DNA of 64,000 nucleotides from Planctomycetota bacterium (GCA_965223265.1 OZ244999.1:64001-128000); one strand, 5' to 3'; positions 1 through 10,487 are shown, counted from the first letter of the stretch. The notes: generated by a model from the letters alone, not told the origin. Program-made: numbers and translations.

Positions 1-172
1 CGCCGGCGAGCGCGCGAAGAAACGTGGACTTGCCGCTGCCGTTGTGTCCCAGCACACCGACCCGGGCATCGCGGTGAATGGTGAACGTAAGATTGGAGAG
101 TACCTCTCGATCGCCGTACACCTTGGTCAGCTCTTTCGCCGTCAGCAAGACTTCGCCGAGCAGCTCACTCAT
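1..172 (-). CDS. ABC-F family ATP-binding protein, N-terminal part (runs off window start)
   Basis: Manual translation from ATG at 172: MSELLGEVLLTAKELTKVYGDREVLSNLTFTIHRDARVGVLGHNGSGKSTFLRALAG, with Walker A GHNGSGKST and an ABC-F-like start. Confidence 0.75.
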   Translation of the reverse strand, partial: MSELLGEVLLTAKELTKVYGDREVLSNLTFTIHRDARVGVLGHNGSGKSTFLRALAG

Positions 173-547
173 GGGATTCTGTCTCCTAGTGCGTTCCTGT
201 TTCAATGCGTCGTCGGGGCGCCGCGGCTGTCAGCCAAGCTTCGCTCGCTCAGGTGGACGTCTGGGGTGGGTTTTTCGCTGTGACCGTCTGCAGGGACTGT
301 ACCGTCGAATCAGCAAGATGCAGCGTCAATCGATGGGCGAATGCAAGCAAATTACGAGCGTCCTGCGGTCACGCGCGAGTTTGTGAACGTTTGGGAGGGT
401 TGTGCCTCCTGTGTGACGGCTTTGCGGCGTTTCCTAACTGGGGTATGCTCTCAGGCCGTAGCGACACCGGCAACAAGTGATCGAATGGAGGCCGAGCTGC
501 GCCAGCCCGCGGCATCCTGCCGTGGGGCCGACCAGCCGAACGAGCGC

Positions 548-2320
548 ATGGAGAATTGGCAATCCTGGTACACGCTCGCCGTGGTCGTGCTGATGGTCGT
601 CGGGCTCGTCCGCGATGTCTTTGGCCCGGAGATCATCGTCGGCGGTGCCCTGGTGCTTCTGCTGGCCGCCGGGGTGGTGGAGCCGGAGGAGGCGGTTGCC
701 GGGTTTGCGAACCCTCAGATGCTGACGATCGGTGCTCTGTTCGTTCTCGCTGGTGCCCTGCGTGAGACTGGGGCGCTAACTATGCTCACGTCTCGACTCT
801 TTAGGGATGGGCGTTCGCGGGCTTCGCTGCTGCGGATCGTCGTGCCAACGATCTCGCTTTCCGCCTTCCTCAACAACACGCCGCTCGTCGCGGTTTTGGC
901 GCCTGCGGTCCGCGATTGGTCGAAACGCATTGGTGCTGCTCCCTCCAAGTACCTCATTCCGCTCTCCTACGCCGCGATCATCGGTGGAACTTGCACGTCG
1001 ATCGGTACCTCTACGAATCTGCTAGTCAGTGGTATGCTCGTACGTTCAGGCTTGGAGCCGTTCAGCTTGTTTCGCGAGCTGGCTCCCGTCGGCATCGTGC
1101 TCGCGATCGTCGGCGGCGCCTACATTGTTTTCGTGCTGCCTCGTCTTCTCCCGGATCGACGCGATCCCTATGACACGCTAGGCGACGCAAGGAAGGAGTA
1201 TCTCGCGGAGTTGGAGGTGCGAGCCGACTGTCCGCTCGTCGGACAGAGCGTCGAGGAGGCCGGGCTGCGGCACCTCCCGGGACTCTTTCTCGTTGAGATC
1301 GTTCGCGGCGACGAATCCCTCCTGCCCGTGCGTCCGACGGAGCACCTACACTCGGGCGACCGCCTCGTGTTTACGGGTATGGCGGAGACAGTCGTCGATC
1401 TACAAAAGATTCGTGGTCTTGAGCCACCTGCTGCTGGGGACAGCGCGGCGTCCCAAATTGGTACGGACGCTCACCTCTACGAAGTTGTCGTATCTCCATC
1501 TTCGCCGCTGGTTGGAGCGAACCTGCGATACGCTCAGTTTCGCCGTCGTTACGATGCGGTTGTCGTTGCCGTGCAGCGCAGCGGAGAGCGGATCAAGTCG
1601 AAGATCGGAGATATCGTGCTGCGGCCCGGCGACGTGCTGTTGGTCGAAGCGTCTTCTGGTTTCCACCAAGCGTGGCGAGACTCGAGTGACTTCTATCTCA
1701 TCTCGACCGTGGGCGAGAGCGCGCGGGCTCGTCCTCGACATGCGCTTTTCGCCAGTATCGTAATTGCCCTTATGGTGCTCGCCGCCGCTCTTAAGTGGCT
1801 GCCGATCATGGTCGCTGCGTTTCTCGCCGTGGCGACCTTGATCGCGTTCCGCGTGGTGACACCCGGGGCGGCGCGTCGTTCCGTCGATATGTCGGTATTG
1901 CTTCTGATCGCGAGCGCGATCGGCGTGTCTGCGGCGATTGAGAAGCATGGGCTGACGAGTCTCGCGGCTGATGCGGTTCTCGGCGTCTTGCAGCCGTATG
2001 GGCCCATTGCCATCATGGTGGCAGTTTTTGCGCTGACGAACGTTTTCACCGAGCTCATCACCAACGGCGCGGCGGCGGCAATGATGTTCCCGTTTGCTCT
2101 ATCCCTTGCTGAGAAGCTCTCGTATAGTCCTCATGCGTTTGCCGTGATCGTGGCCATCGCAGCGTCGGCTAGTTTCTCGACGCCGATCGGATACCAGACG
2201 AACCTGATCGTGTATGGACCTGGCGGCTATCGTTTTCGCGATTTTCTCGTGGCTGGACTACCGCTCAACCTCTTGGCGTGTTTCATCACGATCATAGTTG
2301 TGCGTCTGCTCTGGGGTTGA
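548..2320 (+). CDS. SLC13/DASS-family permease with TrkA-C (RCK_C) domains
   Basis: SAFLNNTP, GGTCTSIGTSTNL and TPIGYQTN motifs; central GxS/LxxxxLR TrkA-C repeats. Start taken as MENWQ (548), not 341. Confidence 0.85.
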   Translation: MENWQSWYTLAVVVLMVVGLVRDVFGPEIIVGGALVLLLAAGVVEPEEAVAGFANPQMLTIGALFVLAGALRETGALTMLTSRLFRDGRSRASLLRIVVPTISLSAFLNNTPLVAVLAPAVRDWSKRIGAAPSKYLIPLSYAAIIGGTCTSIGTSTNLLVSGMLVRSGLEPFSLFRELAPVGIVLAIVGGAYIVFVLPRLLPDRRDPYDTLGDARKEYLAELEVRADCPLVGQSVEEAGLRHLPGLFLVEIVRGDESLLPVRPTEHLHSGDRLVFTGMAETVVDLQKIRGLEPPAAGDSAASQIGTDAHLYEVVVSPSSPLVGANLRYAQFRRRYDAVVVAVQRSGERIKSKIGDIVLRPGDVLLVEASSGFHQAWRDSSDFYLISTVGESARARPRHALFASIVIALMVLAAALKWLPIMVAAFLAVATLIAFRVVTPGAARRSVDMSVLLLIASAIGVSAAIEKHGLTSLAADAVLGVLQPYGPIAIMVAVFALTNVFTELITNGAAAAMMFPFALSLAEKLSYSPHAFAVIVAIAASASFSTPIGYQTNLIVYGPGGYRFRDFLVAGLPLNLLACFITIIVVRLLWG

Positions 2321-2534
2321 TCTGCCCAGCGCGGCGTCTTGGGCGCGATTCTCCACGGTACCGCTTGCAGCGATTCCGCTCCTCCCCTATGCTCTTAGCC
2401 TGGTTTGCCCGCATCTCACCATTGCGGCTTGTGTTCTACTCTGCAGCGCGCTGCGATCCGCCGCTCCGATTCTTGCCGCGGGAAGCAGTGACCACTCTCC
2501 CCAAACGTGGCGTCACGAGGGCTGACATACTGAC

Positions 2535-3824
2535 ATGTCGTCTGCGCAAGTGCCGAACGACGATTCCCAAGACGCTGCACCGACGGGTGGGGCGAGCACA
2601 GCGCAAGTGAGCGGCGCCACGGACATCCTCGACAGTGCCGTGCTCGCTGTCGCGTACGTTCCAGATTTTCTTCCCGAGTCTCTACTCGTCTGGTTCGTTC
2701 CAAACCGCGAGCAGCCGACGGCATGTTACCTCGAATTCGTCGGCGAAATGGCGGAGAACTGGCAGACGTACTACACGAAGAAGGGCTTTCAATTCGTTAC
2801 AGATCGCCCCGCCGAGTGCGCGGGACCGTTTCGCGTCGACCCCGCGGGATTTCGCTTCGAGATTCTTGAACCGGGACGGTTCTTGGTGCCGAAGCCACAC
2901 TTTCGTATCTCGGAGGCAGCGGATCCCGTGCCGCTCCCAGGGCTCGAGAAGCGTCGACCGATCAATCCGTGGAAACCGAACTACATTCAGGCGACGACCT
3001 TCATCAAGAAGTACGATTGGCCACATCCGGTGCCGCGAGCTGTGCACTACGCTGTGTGGGAGATTGAAGAGTGCGGGCAGATCGCAGGCAGCACCTCGTG
3101 GAAGAACGCCGAGTCGATCCTGCGGGCGGGGGCGACGCCCGAGGTGCTGAGCTGCATCGCCGACATCTTCTACAACCGGCCGGAGGACTATCCTCTAGGC
3201 TCCGAGGTCTACCTGCGAATCCTCGGCTCCAGCGGTGACGACGGCTTCGCGAAGCTTGCGGAGCTGGCGAAACACCCCATCAGCCGTAAGCGCAAGATGG
3301 TCGCACAGGTCATGGGTGGCCTCGTTGAGGATCGCTATCTTCCGCACTTGATCGAGCTGCTCGAGGACGAGGATCCCGACGTCCGCCGCACGGCGCTCCG
3401 CTCGATCGGGCGGGTCGGTGTCAGCGAAGAAACGACGGGCGCCGAAAAGGTCGCTGCCTATCTAGAGTCGGACGAGCTTCCATACCGCGTGTGGGCAGCG
3501 CAGGCGCTTTGCAAAGGGGGCAACGACTCATACCGAAAGTTCTTCATCGGTCTCATCAAGGAAGAGCCGCGACTTCTCAGTGACATGGGGGAGCTTGGAG
3601 ACGTGCTTCACGATCTCGAGCTCTATCAGGCGGTTCCGTTTCTGATCGATCGTTTGAAGCACGAGAAGGCGGAGTTTCGTAGTGACGCGGCGGAGGCCCT
3701 GGAGCGGCTGACGGAGATCCCGCTCGAATACAAATCGATCGACTCGCAACAGGAACGACGGGATGCGATCAAGCTCTGCGAGCGGTGGTGGAAGGATTAC
3801 AAGAAACGCCGGAGCGGTCGATGA
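2535..3824 (+). CDS. HEAT-repeat domain protein
   Basis: C-terminal repeats LIELLEDEDPDVRRTALRSIG and LIDRLKHEKAEFRSDAAEALERLT; N-terminal half not recognised. Confidence 0.7.
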   Translation: MSSAQVPNDDSQDAAPTGGASTAQVSGATDILDSAVLAVAYVPDFLPESLLVWFVPNREQPTACYLEFVGEMAENWQTYYTKKGFQFVTDRPAECAGPFRVDPAGFRFEILEPGRFLVPKPHFRISEAADPVPLPGLEKRRPINPWKPNYIQATTFIKKYDWPHPVPRAVHYAVWEIEECGQIAGSTSWKNAESILRAGATPEVLSCIADIFYNRPEDYPLGSEVYLRILGSSGDDGFAKLAELAKHPISRKRKMVAQVMGGLVEDRYLPHLIELLEDEDPDVRRTALRSIGRVGVSEETTGAEKVAAYLESDELPYRVWAAQALCKGGNDSYRKFFIGLIKEEPRLLSDMGELGDVLHDLELYQAVPFLIDRLKHEKAEFRSDAAEALERLTEIPLEYKSIDSQQERRDAIKLCERWWKDYKKRRSGR

Positions 3825-5380
3825 GTGATTCGCAGGGTCCAGCTCAGTCCCCTGAAGGGGTACAGCCGCAATTGCCGGATCTTGCCCCGGTCTTGGCCTC
3901 CAAGAATCCGCTCCACTGGGTGGTCGTCTTTGGTCCTGGAGCGATCGTTGCGTCGCTCACGATCGGCACCGGCGAGCTCATCTTCTCGGCGCGTACCGGC
4001 GCACTGTTTGGCTACAACACGTTGTGGCTGTTCACGATCACCTGTTTGATCAAGTGGGCGCTCGTCTTTGCGACCGGACGGCACCTCGTCGTCAGCGGTG
4101 CGCACCCGTTCGAGCGCTGGGCGTCGCTGCCTGGACCTCGAGCTTGGTTTGTGTTCGTCATGCTGCTTTTCGGGCTGCTGACGTTCCCGGTTTGGGTTGG
4201 CTTCCTCAGCATGACGCTCGGCTCCTTGGGGACGGCATACTACTCGCGTGTGCCTGAGGAGGCGTGGGGCGCTGTGGCTGTCATTCTGGTCACGTTTTTA
4301 GCTTTCGCCGGTGGCTACACCTGGCTCGAACGCATCCAGATGGCGATCGTCTTCGCACTTCTTGGCACCGTCGCCGTCTCGTGCTTTCTTCTGAAGCCGC
4401 AGCCGGAGTGGCTCGAGATTGTGAAGTCCCTGTTCGTGCCCGGACCGATGGAATATCCAGATTGGGTAGCGAGCGCTGACCCGGTGCTCGCGAAGAGGCC
4501 GCCGATGCTCGAGACGATCAACACACTTGGGGTGATCGGCGGCAGCGGCTTCGACTACTTGGCGTATGTTTCGTTTCTACGCAACAAGTCTTGGGGCCTA
4601 AGCCGTGGCCCCTCTGCGAGTGCGGCACAGATCGAAGCTCTCGACCAAGCGCGTGGCCCCGTGCTGCGAGGTTGGATTCGTGCGCCGCTCATCGATGCAA
4701 CGGTGAGTTTCGTCATCATTCTCGTCTTCAGCGTCGTCTTCGTCGCGCTCGGACACATCGTCCTCGGCGCGGAGCAGCAGGTCCCGGGTGACGAGAACAT
4801 GCTCCAGCTGCAGCAAGAGTTCGTCTCACGAGTGCATCCGACGCTTGAGTATCTTTACCTTGCCGGTGCGATTCTGGCGCTGCTCGGCACGGTGTACGGC
4901 ATCACGGAAGTGGCGCCGGCGGTGGTCGAAGAGTGCGTCGCGGCGATCACGGGGCGATCGGCTGGGCGAGCGTCAAAGCGGGTTCGTTTTCTCGCGATCC
5001 TCTGGTGCAGTGGCGCCGGATTGGCTGTGATTGGGTGGAGTGCCTGGACTCGGCATGAGACGGGAGAGATGCGACCGCCGCAGCTTGTCGGGCTCATCAC
5101 GCCGGTCAACCTTTTCACTGGGGTCATGGCGTGCGGGTTCATAGCGATCCTCAGCCCGTGGATGGACCGAAAGTTCCTACCAGCCGGGCTGCGAATGAGC
5201 CCACTTCTGGCGGGGATCAATCTAGTCGGTGGGGTGTTCTTCGTCGGTCTCAGTCTTGTCGGCTATTGGAACAGATATGGCCCGAGCGGTGAGCTCTGGA
5301 TACCGACCCTCTTCTTCGTGACGACGGTGGTGTTCGGACTCGTCGTCGCCGTTTTGTTTCGCGCCCGGGTTTCTTCATGA
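3821..5380 (+). CDS. Nramp-like (LeuT-fold) membrane transporter
   Basis: FGPGAIVASLTIGTGELI motif and about 11-12 hydrophobic segments; ATGA overlap with the upstream stop. Confidence 0.75.
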   Translation: MSDSQGPAQSPEGVQPQLPDLAPVLASKNPLHWVVVFGPGAIVASLTIGTGELIFSARTGALFGYNTLWLFTITCLIKWALVFATGRHLVVSGAHPFERWASLPGPRAWFVFVMLLFGLLTFPVWVGFLSMTLGSLGTAYYSRVPEEAWGAVAVILVTFLAFAGGYTWLERIQMAIVFALLGTVAVSCFLLKPQPEWLEIVKSLFVPGPMEYPDWVASADPVLAKRPPMLETINTLGVIGGSGFDYLAYVSFLRNKSWGLSRGPSASAAQIEALDQARGPVLRGWIRAPLIDATVSFVIILVFSVVFVALGHIVLGAEQQVPGDENMLQLQQEFVSRVHPTLEYLYLAGAILALLGTVYGITEVAPAVVEECVAAITGRSAGRASKRVRFLAILWCSGAGLAVIGWSAWTRHETGEMRPPQLVGLITPVNLFTGVMACGFIAILSPWMDRKFLPAGLRMSPLLAGINLVGGVFFVGLSLVGYWNRYGPSGELWIPTLFFVTTVVFGLVVAVLFRARVSS

Positions 5381-6628
5381 CTTCGCAGGGGGAGGGCGCC
5401 GCCTGCTTTTCAGTAGGCGGCCGCGCGTGATGGCGTTCTTTCCGTGGCGCGTGAGGATCTTCTCTTCTGCGCGTGCAAGCTCGGTCGCCGACTGTGTCGC
5501 ATCGCCGTCAAAGAACGAGAGTTGCTGCTCGGGGCGCGCAGTGAGCTGGCTGAGACCAACACCGAGCAGCCGGACGCTTGGCCGCCGTAGCGACACCTTG
5601 GTGGCGAAGAGCCTGTGGGTCACCGGGTAGATCTCCTCGACGAGTTGTGTCGGGTTGGCGAGCGTTTGAGATCGCGACACCGTGAAGAAGCTGCCGTCAC
5701 GAACCTTCAGTGTGACCGTGCTGCCCCAGAGTCTTTCATGGCGCAGACGCGACGCCACCTGGTGCGACAGCGAAAAGAGCACGTCATCGATCGCGGCGGT
5801 GTCGTCGCACGGAATGAACTCCGCGAACGTCATCTCATGGCTGATTGAGCGAGCCGAACGCGACGTGTTGACCTTCCTCCGGTCGATCCCGCGCGCCAGC
5901 CGTGCGATGTGTGCACCGAGGTCGACACCGATGAGCCGCTCAAGTTCCTCTGGTCGGCGCCTTGCGATGTCACCGATTGTCTCGACTCCCGCATCGCTCA
6001 GCCGCTCAGCCGTCTTCGGCCCAACGCCCCAGAGACGGCGCATGGGAAGCGGCGCCAGAAACTCTGCCGCGCGACCGCGGGGCACGACGACGAGACCACT
6101 CGGCTTGCGGAGATCGCTTGCGACTTTCGCGAGGAACTTGTTCTCGGCAACACCGATCGAGCACGTGAGGCGCGTTTCCGCCGCGACGCGGCTCTGTAGT
6201 TCTTCGGCGACTCTGGCGGCTCGTGTCGCGGCTGCGGCGTCTGCCTCGGAATTTACAGGCTCGGTGTCTCCGCGCCGCTGCGGATAGCAACCGGTGACGT
6301 CGAGAAACGCTTCGTCGATCGACAGCGGTTCAACCAGTGGCGTCACTTGCCGAAAGATGGAGAAGACTTGCCGCGACATTTCGCTGTAGCGTGACAGGCG
6401 TGGCCGTAGAAAGACGCCGTGCGGGCAGCGACGTACCGCTTCGGTGGCCGGCATCGCACTATGGACGCCATAGCGGCGCGCCTCGTAGCTCGCCGTTGAA
6501 ACGACACCTCGCCCTTGCGGCGTCCCACCGACGATCACCGGCTTGCCAGCGAGATGCGGATGATCGAGGATCTCGACCGCGGCGAAGAACGCATCCATGT
6601 CGACGTGAAGAATCCAGCGCTGCTGCAT
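5375..6628 (-). CDS. dinB: DNA polymerase IV
   Basis: ILHVDMDAFFAAVE, STASYEARRYGV, SIDEAFLD, LAKVASDLRKPSG, LWGVG; start taken as MQQRW. Confidence 0.93.
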   Translation of the reverse strand: MQQRWILHVDMDAFFAAVEILDHPHLAGKPVIVGGTPQGRGVVSTASYEARRYGVHSAMPATEAVRRCPHGVFLRPRLSRYSEMSRQVFSIFRQVTPLVEPLSIDEAFLDVTGCYPQRRGDTEPVNSEADAAAATRAARVAEELQSRVAAETRLTCSIGVAENKFLAKVASDLRKPSGLVVVPRGRAAEFLAPLPMRRLWGVGPKTAERLSDAGVETIGDIARRRPEELERLIGVDLGAHIARLARGIDRRKVNTSRSARSISHEMTFAEFIPCDDTAAIDDVLFSLSHQVASRLRHERLWGSTVTLKVRDGSFFTVSRSQTLANPTQLVEEIYPVTHRLFATKVSLRRPSVRLLGVGLSQLTARPEQQLSFFDGDATQSATELARAEEKILTRHGKNAITRGRLLKSRRRPPPAKS

Positions 6629-6787
6629 CGGCTGTGTCCGCGAGGATTGATGTCGGGAGGCGCGATGGGGAGGTCGCGCGTTTCCGTACCCAGATCTGTA
6701 TCTGTCCCCATTGTCGCAAAAAAGAAGCGCTTCGTGCGATGACTTCATCGCGACCGTCGAGCGGGTGTTTCGTGCCCTGGGCCGTGC

Positions 6788-6886
6788 GCGATTGCGATTG
6801 CGATTGCGTGTGCGATTGCGTGTGCGATTGCGTGTGCGTGTGCGTGTGCGTGTGCGTGGGAGTGGGAGTGGGAGTGGGAGTGGGAG
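6788..6886. repeat. Graded hexamer microsatellite (GCGATT/GCGTGT/GAGTGG), 16 full units
   Basis: Read directly: GCGATTx3, alternating GCGTGT/GCGATT, GCGTGTx4, GCGTGG, GAGTGGx4. Confidence 0.95.
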
Positions 6887-7169
6887 GGCTCCGCTCTTAA
6901 AGCAGTAGGGCTGTCTCCGCTTCTGTCTCCGTGTCCGTCTCTGTCTCGGCCGCTGTCTCCTCCTCTCTCCCCGAATCCTCTGCCGTGCTTACATCGCCGA
7001 ACGCCTTTTTCTTTAGACAGCATCTGCCCTTTTCCCTACACTCTCAAATTGTCTCGGCACGACGCACGCCTGCAACTGATTGTTGAAACATCCCCTGACC
7101 GAGCTCGACGTGACACTTTCAGCGTCCGCGGCGATGAGCTCGGTGCAGTGTTTTGGGAGGAGATTCTTC

Positions 7170-8366
7170 ATGAGTTTTAACGGTGGCTTGAACCGTAAGC
7201 TTCGAATGGGACTGGTGGGCGGCGGGCGTGGTGCGTTCATCGGCCGCGTGCACGCGACGGCGGCAGTTTTGGACAACCGCTGCGAGTTGGTCGCGGGGGC
7301 GCTGTCGTCGAATCCCCAGGTCGCGAAGGAATCCGCACCTGAGTATGGCATCGCTGCGGAGCGCGCTTACGGTTCAGTGCAGGAGATGATCGAGGGCGAA
7401 CTGCAGCGACCTGAGGGTGATCGTATCGACTTTGTCACCGTCGCGACGCCGAACCACACGCATTTCGAGATCGCTGCAGCCGCGGTCGATGCAGGATTCA
7501 ACGTCATGTGTGACAAACCGATGACGTTCAATCTTGAGCAGGCCGAGCAGCTGGCGCGGCAGGTTGACGAGAAGGGCGTCGTGTTTGCCGTGACGCACAA
7601 CTACACTGGGTATCCACTCGTGCGCCAGGCGCGCGAGATGGTTCTTTCGGGCGAGCTGGGCGAGATCCAAGCGATTCGCTCCTCGTACATCCAGGGCTGG
7701 CTGCGTTCGCGCCTCGAGGAGGACGGGCAGAAACAAGCGGCGTGGCGGACCGATCCGAGCAAGTCTGGCGCTTCAGGCTGCTTTGGCGATATCGGCACGC
7801 ACGCGTTCAATCTTGGCCGATACATCAGCGCGCTCTTACCCAATGAGATCTCCTGCCATTTCAAGGTGTTCGCCCCGGGCCGAAAGCTCGATGACTACGG
7901 CTGCGCACTTGTCAGCTACGAGGGCGGAGGCTTTGGAACGGTGACCGCATCACAGATCTCGCACGGTCGCGAGAACGACCTGGCAATCGAGATCGACGGC
8001 ACGAAAGCGGCAATCCAATGGCGTCAGGAAGAACCGAACGTCATGGTTTTCAGGCAAAACGGCGAGCCTCACAAGCTCTACACGAGGGATCCGAATGCGC
8101 CGTACATGAACACGAGTGGTGCAGCCGCTTGCCGTCTTCCGAGCGGCCACCCAGAGGCGTTCTTTGAGGCCTTCGCGAACGTCTATCGCGCCGCGTTCGA
8201 CGACATGGCGCGGCGCGCGCTGGGACAGCCGTTCGAACGCCGCGACACCGTGTATCCGAACGTCCATGACGGCACGGAAGGAATGTTTTTCATTCAGCAG
8301 TGTGTTGCCAGCTCGCGCGAAAACGGCGCTTGGGTCAACGCGCGACATGAGTTGGCACGACCGTAG
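7170..8366 (+). CDS. Gfo/Idh/MocA family oxidoreductase
   Basis: GLVGGGRGAFIG, VATPNHTH, CDKP, GDIGTH; GGGAGG RBS upstream of 7170. Confidence 0.9.
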   Translation: MSFNGGLNRKLRMGLVGGGRGAFIGRVHATAAVLDNRCELVAGALSSNPQVAKESAPEYGIAAERAYGSVQEMIEGELQRPEGDRIDFVTVATPNHTHFEIAAAAVDAGFNVMCDKPMTFNLEQAEQLARQVDEKGVVFAVTHNYTGYPLVRQAREMVLSGELGEIQAIRSSYIQGWLRSRLEEDGQKQAAWRTDPSKSGASGCFGDIGTHAFNLGRYISALLPNEISCHFKVFAPGRKLDDYGCALVSYEGGGFGTVTASQISHGRENDLAIEIDGTKAAIQWRQEEPNVMVFRQNGEPHKLYTRDPNAPYMNTSGAAACRLPSGHPEAFFEAFANVYRAAFDDMARRALGQPFERRDTVYPNVHDGTEGMFFIQQCVASSRENGAWVNARHELARP

Positions 8367-8378
8367 AGGTGCGAGGAA

Positions 8379-8624
8379 ATGAGTGAGAACAACGCGACCG
8401 CCGGAGGCGACGCGCAGCTCTTGCCGCAGGATCTTCTCGACCTGCTGGTTTGCCCGATCGGCAAGAAGCCGCTGCGAGTCGAAGGTGATCTCTTGATCTG
8501 TACAGAGTGTGGCGCGGGTTATCGCGTCACCGACGGTATCCCGAACATGCTCATCGAAGAGGCCGTTCTTCCTGACGGTGTCAGCGATCCGCAGGAGCTC
8601 AGCTGCTACGTGGCGCAGGAGTGA
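8379..8624 (+). CDS. Trm112 family protein
   Basis: LLDLLVCPIGK...LICTEC...YRVTDGIPNMLIEEA. Confidence 0.85.
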   Translation: MSENNATAGGDAQLLPQDLLDLLVCPIGKKPLRVEGDLLICTECGAGYRVTDGIPNMLIEEAVLPDGVSDPQELSCYVAQE

Positions 8625-8710
8625 GGCGGACGACGGGGTGTGACATCGTATGTCCCATCACTAAGCCGCGTTGCTCCGCCCTCGTCAGGCGTGGTGCGGC
8701 GAAGCGCGAC

Positions 8711-9436
8711 TTAGAACGGTGCGCTCGCCGCGCGGCGGATATAGATCTGGTCCACCGCGGCGCGTTTTGGCAGCGCCAACAGATAGAGAACCGTCTGAGC
8801 GATGTCTTCGGGCTGTAGCATGGCGTCGCGGTCGAGATCTGGGCGAGCCGCACCGATCAGCTCCGTGTTGACTCCACCAGGAAGAACCGCACTGACGCGA
8901 ACCCCATGCGGTTGTGCTTCCACTGCAACCGACTTCGTCAGCCCGAGCAGGGCGTGCTTGCTCGCCGTGTACGCCGCCTGGTTGGGGTAGCCCTTGAAGC
9001 TGACGACGCTACCGACCGTAACGATGTAGCCATCGGCCTGCCGGCGCATGAGCTGCAGCGCCGCTCGGCAGCACAAGAACGCGCCGCGGGCGTTGACCGC
9101 CATGACGCGATCGAAGTCGTCCGCGCTCGTCTCTTCGATTGGTTCGAACACGCCGATGCCGGCATTCAATACGGCGACATCAAGGCGGGATGAGCGGTTC
9201 TCGATCGTTGCGAAGAGGGCGTTGACATCGTCCGCGCAGGCGACATCGCAGCGCACCTTAGAAGCGCTGCCGCCCGCCGCGGCGACCTCCTCTGCGACCG
9301 CGGCGAGCTGCTCTTCGCTCCGAGCAGCGAGGTACACCTCGGCTCCCTGCGCTGCAAGAGCGAGGGCCACGGCTCGCCCGATTCCACGGCCGGCTCCAGT
9401 CACCAGTGCGACGCGTCCATCAAGATTTGGATTCAT
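8711..9436 (-). CDS. Short-chain dehydrogenase/reductase
   Basis: TGAGRGIG, NAG, YTASK; start taken as MNPNLDG. Confidence 0.9.
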   Translation of the reverse strand: MNPNLDGRVALVTGAGRGIGRAVALALAAQGAEVYLAARSEEQLAAVAEEVAAAGGSASKVRCDVACADDVNALFATIENRSSRLDVAVLNAGIGVFEPIEETSADDFDRVMAVNARGAFLCCRAALQLMRRQADGYIVTVGSVVSFKGYPNQAAYTASKHALLGLTKSVAVEAQPHGVRVSAVLPGGVNTELIGAARPDLDRDAMLQPEDIAQTVLYLLALPKRAAVDQIYIRRAASAPF

Positions 9437-9629
9437 ACGTCTCCAACTTCTCGCCGGTCTCGACCTGACGTCGCCGCTCGGTCGACGAACAAGAAATCGC
9501 GGTAGCAGGTTCATACTACCGCGATTTGGTGTCGTCCCTCAATCCGTGTTTGGTTTGCTACTGGCGTTCGCTGCACACCACAAGCGCACTACGGTTCAAG
9601 GTTCGTTCTTCGGTTGACTCGCCGCGCTG

Positions 9630-10487
9630 TCAGTCGACGTCCGTAGCGACGTAGATATAGTCAACCAGCTTGACTCCAGTCCCCGAAGACTTGATCGCTT
9701 GCTCGACGGTCTGCTTCTCGTCGTGGACGTAGGGCTGCTCGAGAAGGCACTGTTCGGAGATGAATTTGTCGATTTGGCCCTGGATGATCTTCTTCAAGAT
9801 CTCCTCCGGCTTTTTCGCGTTTTTCGGATCAGCTTTCATTCTCTCGAGAAAGATCTCTCGTTCGCGTTCGATGATCGCGGGGTCGAGTTGATCACGCGAG
9901 AGCGCCTTCGGCTTCGTGAAGACGATATGCATCGACAGATTCTTCCCGAGCTCGGCGACTTTCGCGTCACTTGTCGAGCCGCCTTCCAGGGCGACCATTG
10001 CCGCTTTCTTGTTGTCGAAGTGAACATACTGGACGACTGCGTCCGCACCAAAGCGGGCGAAGCGCCCCAGCGTGATGTTCTCTCGAATTTGATTCACGAG
10101 CTCCGTGATGCCATCGCCGACAGTTTCGCCACTCGGAAGCTTGCTACTCTTGAGACTCTCAGCGCTGTCTGGGTTCGCTGCATCGACAACGGCTGTCAGG
10201 TGGCGAAGAAACTCCTGAAAAGTCTCGTTCTTTGCCACCGATTCAGTCTCGCAGCGAAGTGCGACGAGAACGCCGGACTTGCCGTCATCGCTGAGCTGCG
10301 ATCCAACAAGCCCGTCTGATGCCTCTCGACCGGCCAGCTTCTCTACCGCCTTGAGACCTGCCTTGCGCAGGTTCGTGTACGCCACTTCCACATCTCCGTC
10401 GGTCTCCTGGAGTGCCCGTTTGCATTCCATCATCGGAAGACCCGTCTTTTCGCGGAGTTCTTTGACTAGTTTTGCGTCGATCGCCAT
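9630..10487 (-). CDS. tsf: Translation elongation factor Ts
   Basis: MAIDAKLVKELREKTGLPMMECKRAL UBA-like N-terminus, KPEEILKKIIQG, CLLEQPYV. Confidence 0.93.
   Translation of the reverse strand: MAIDAKLVKELREKTGLPMMECKRALQETDGDVEVAYTNLRKAGLKAVEKLAGREASDGLVGSQLSDDGKSGVLVALRCETESVAKNETFQEFLRHLTAVVDAANPDSAESLKSSKLPSGETVGDGITELVNQIRENITLGRFARFGADAVVQYVHFDNKKAAMVALEGGSTSDAKVAELGKNLSMHIVFTKPKALSRDQLDPAIIEREREIFLERMKADPKNAKKPEEILKKIIQGQIDKFISEQCLLEQPYVHDEKQTVEQAIKSSGTGVKLVDYIYVATDVD

Noticed and set aside
5375-5380. Overlapping convergent stops (TCATGA) of the transporter and dinB
   Set aside because: Real but commonplace gene packing with no further implication.
6745-7023. His-rich metal-binding peptide as an annotated CDS
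   Set aside because: Its composition is fully explained by the hexamer repeats and there is no other coding evidence; kept only as a hypothesis in the findings.
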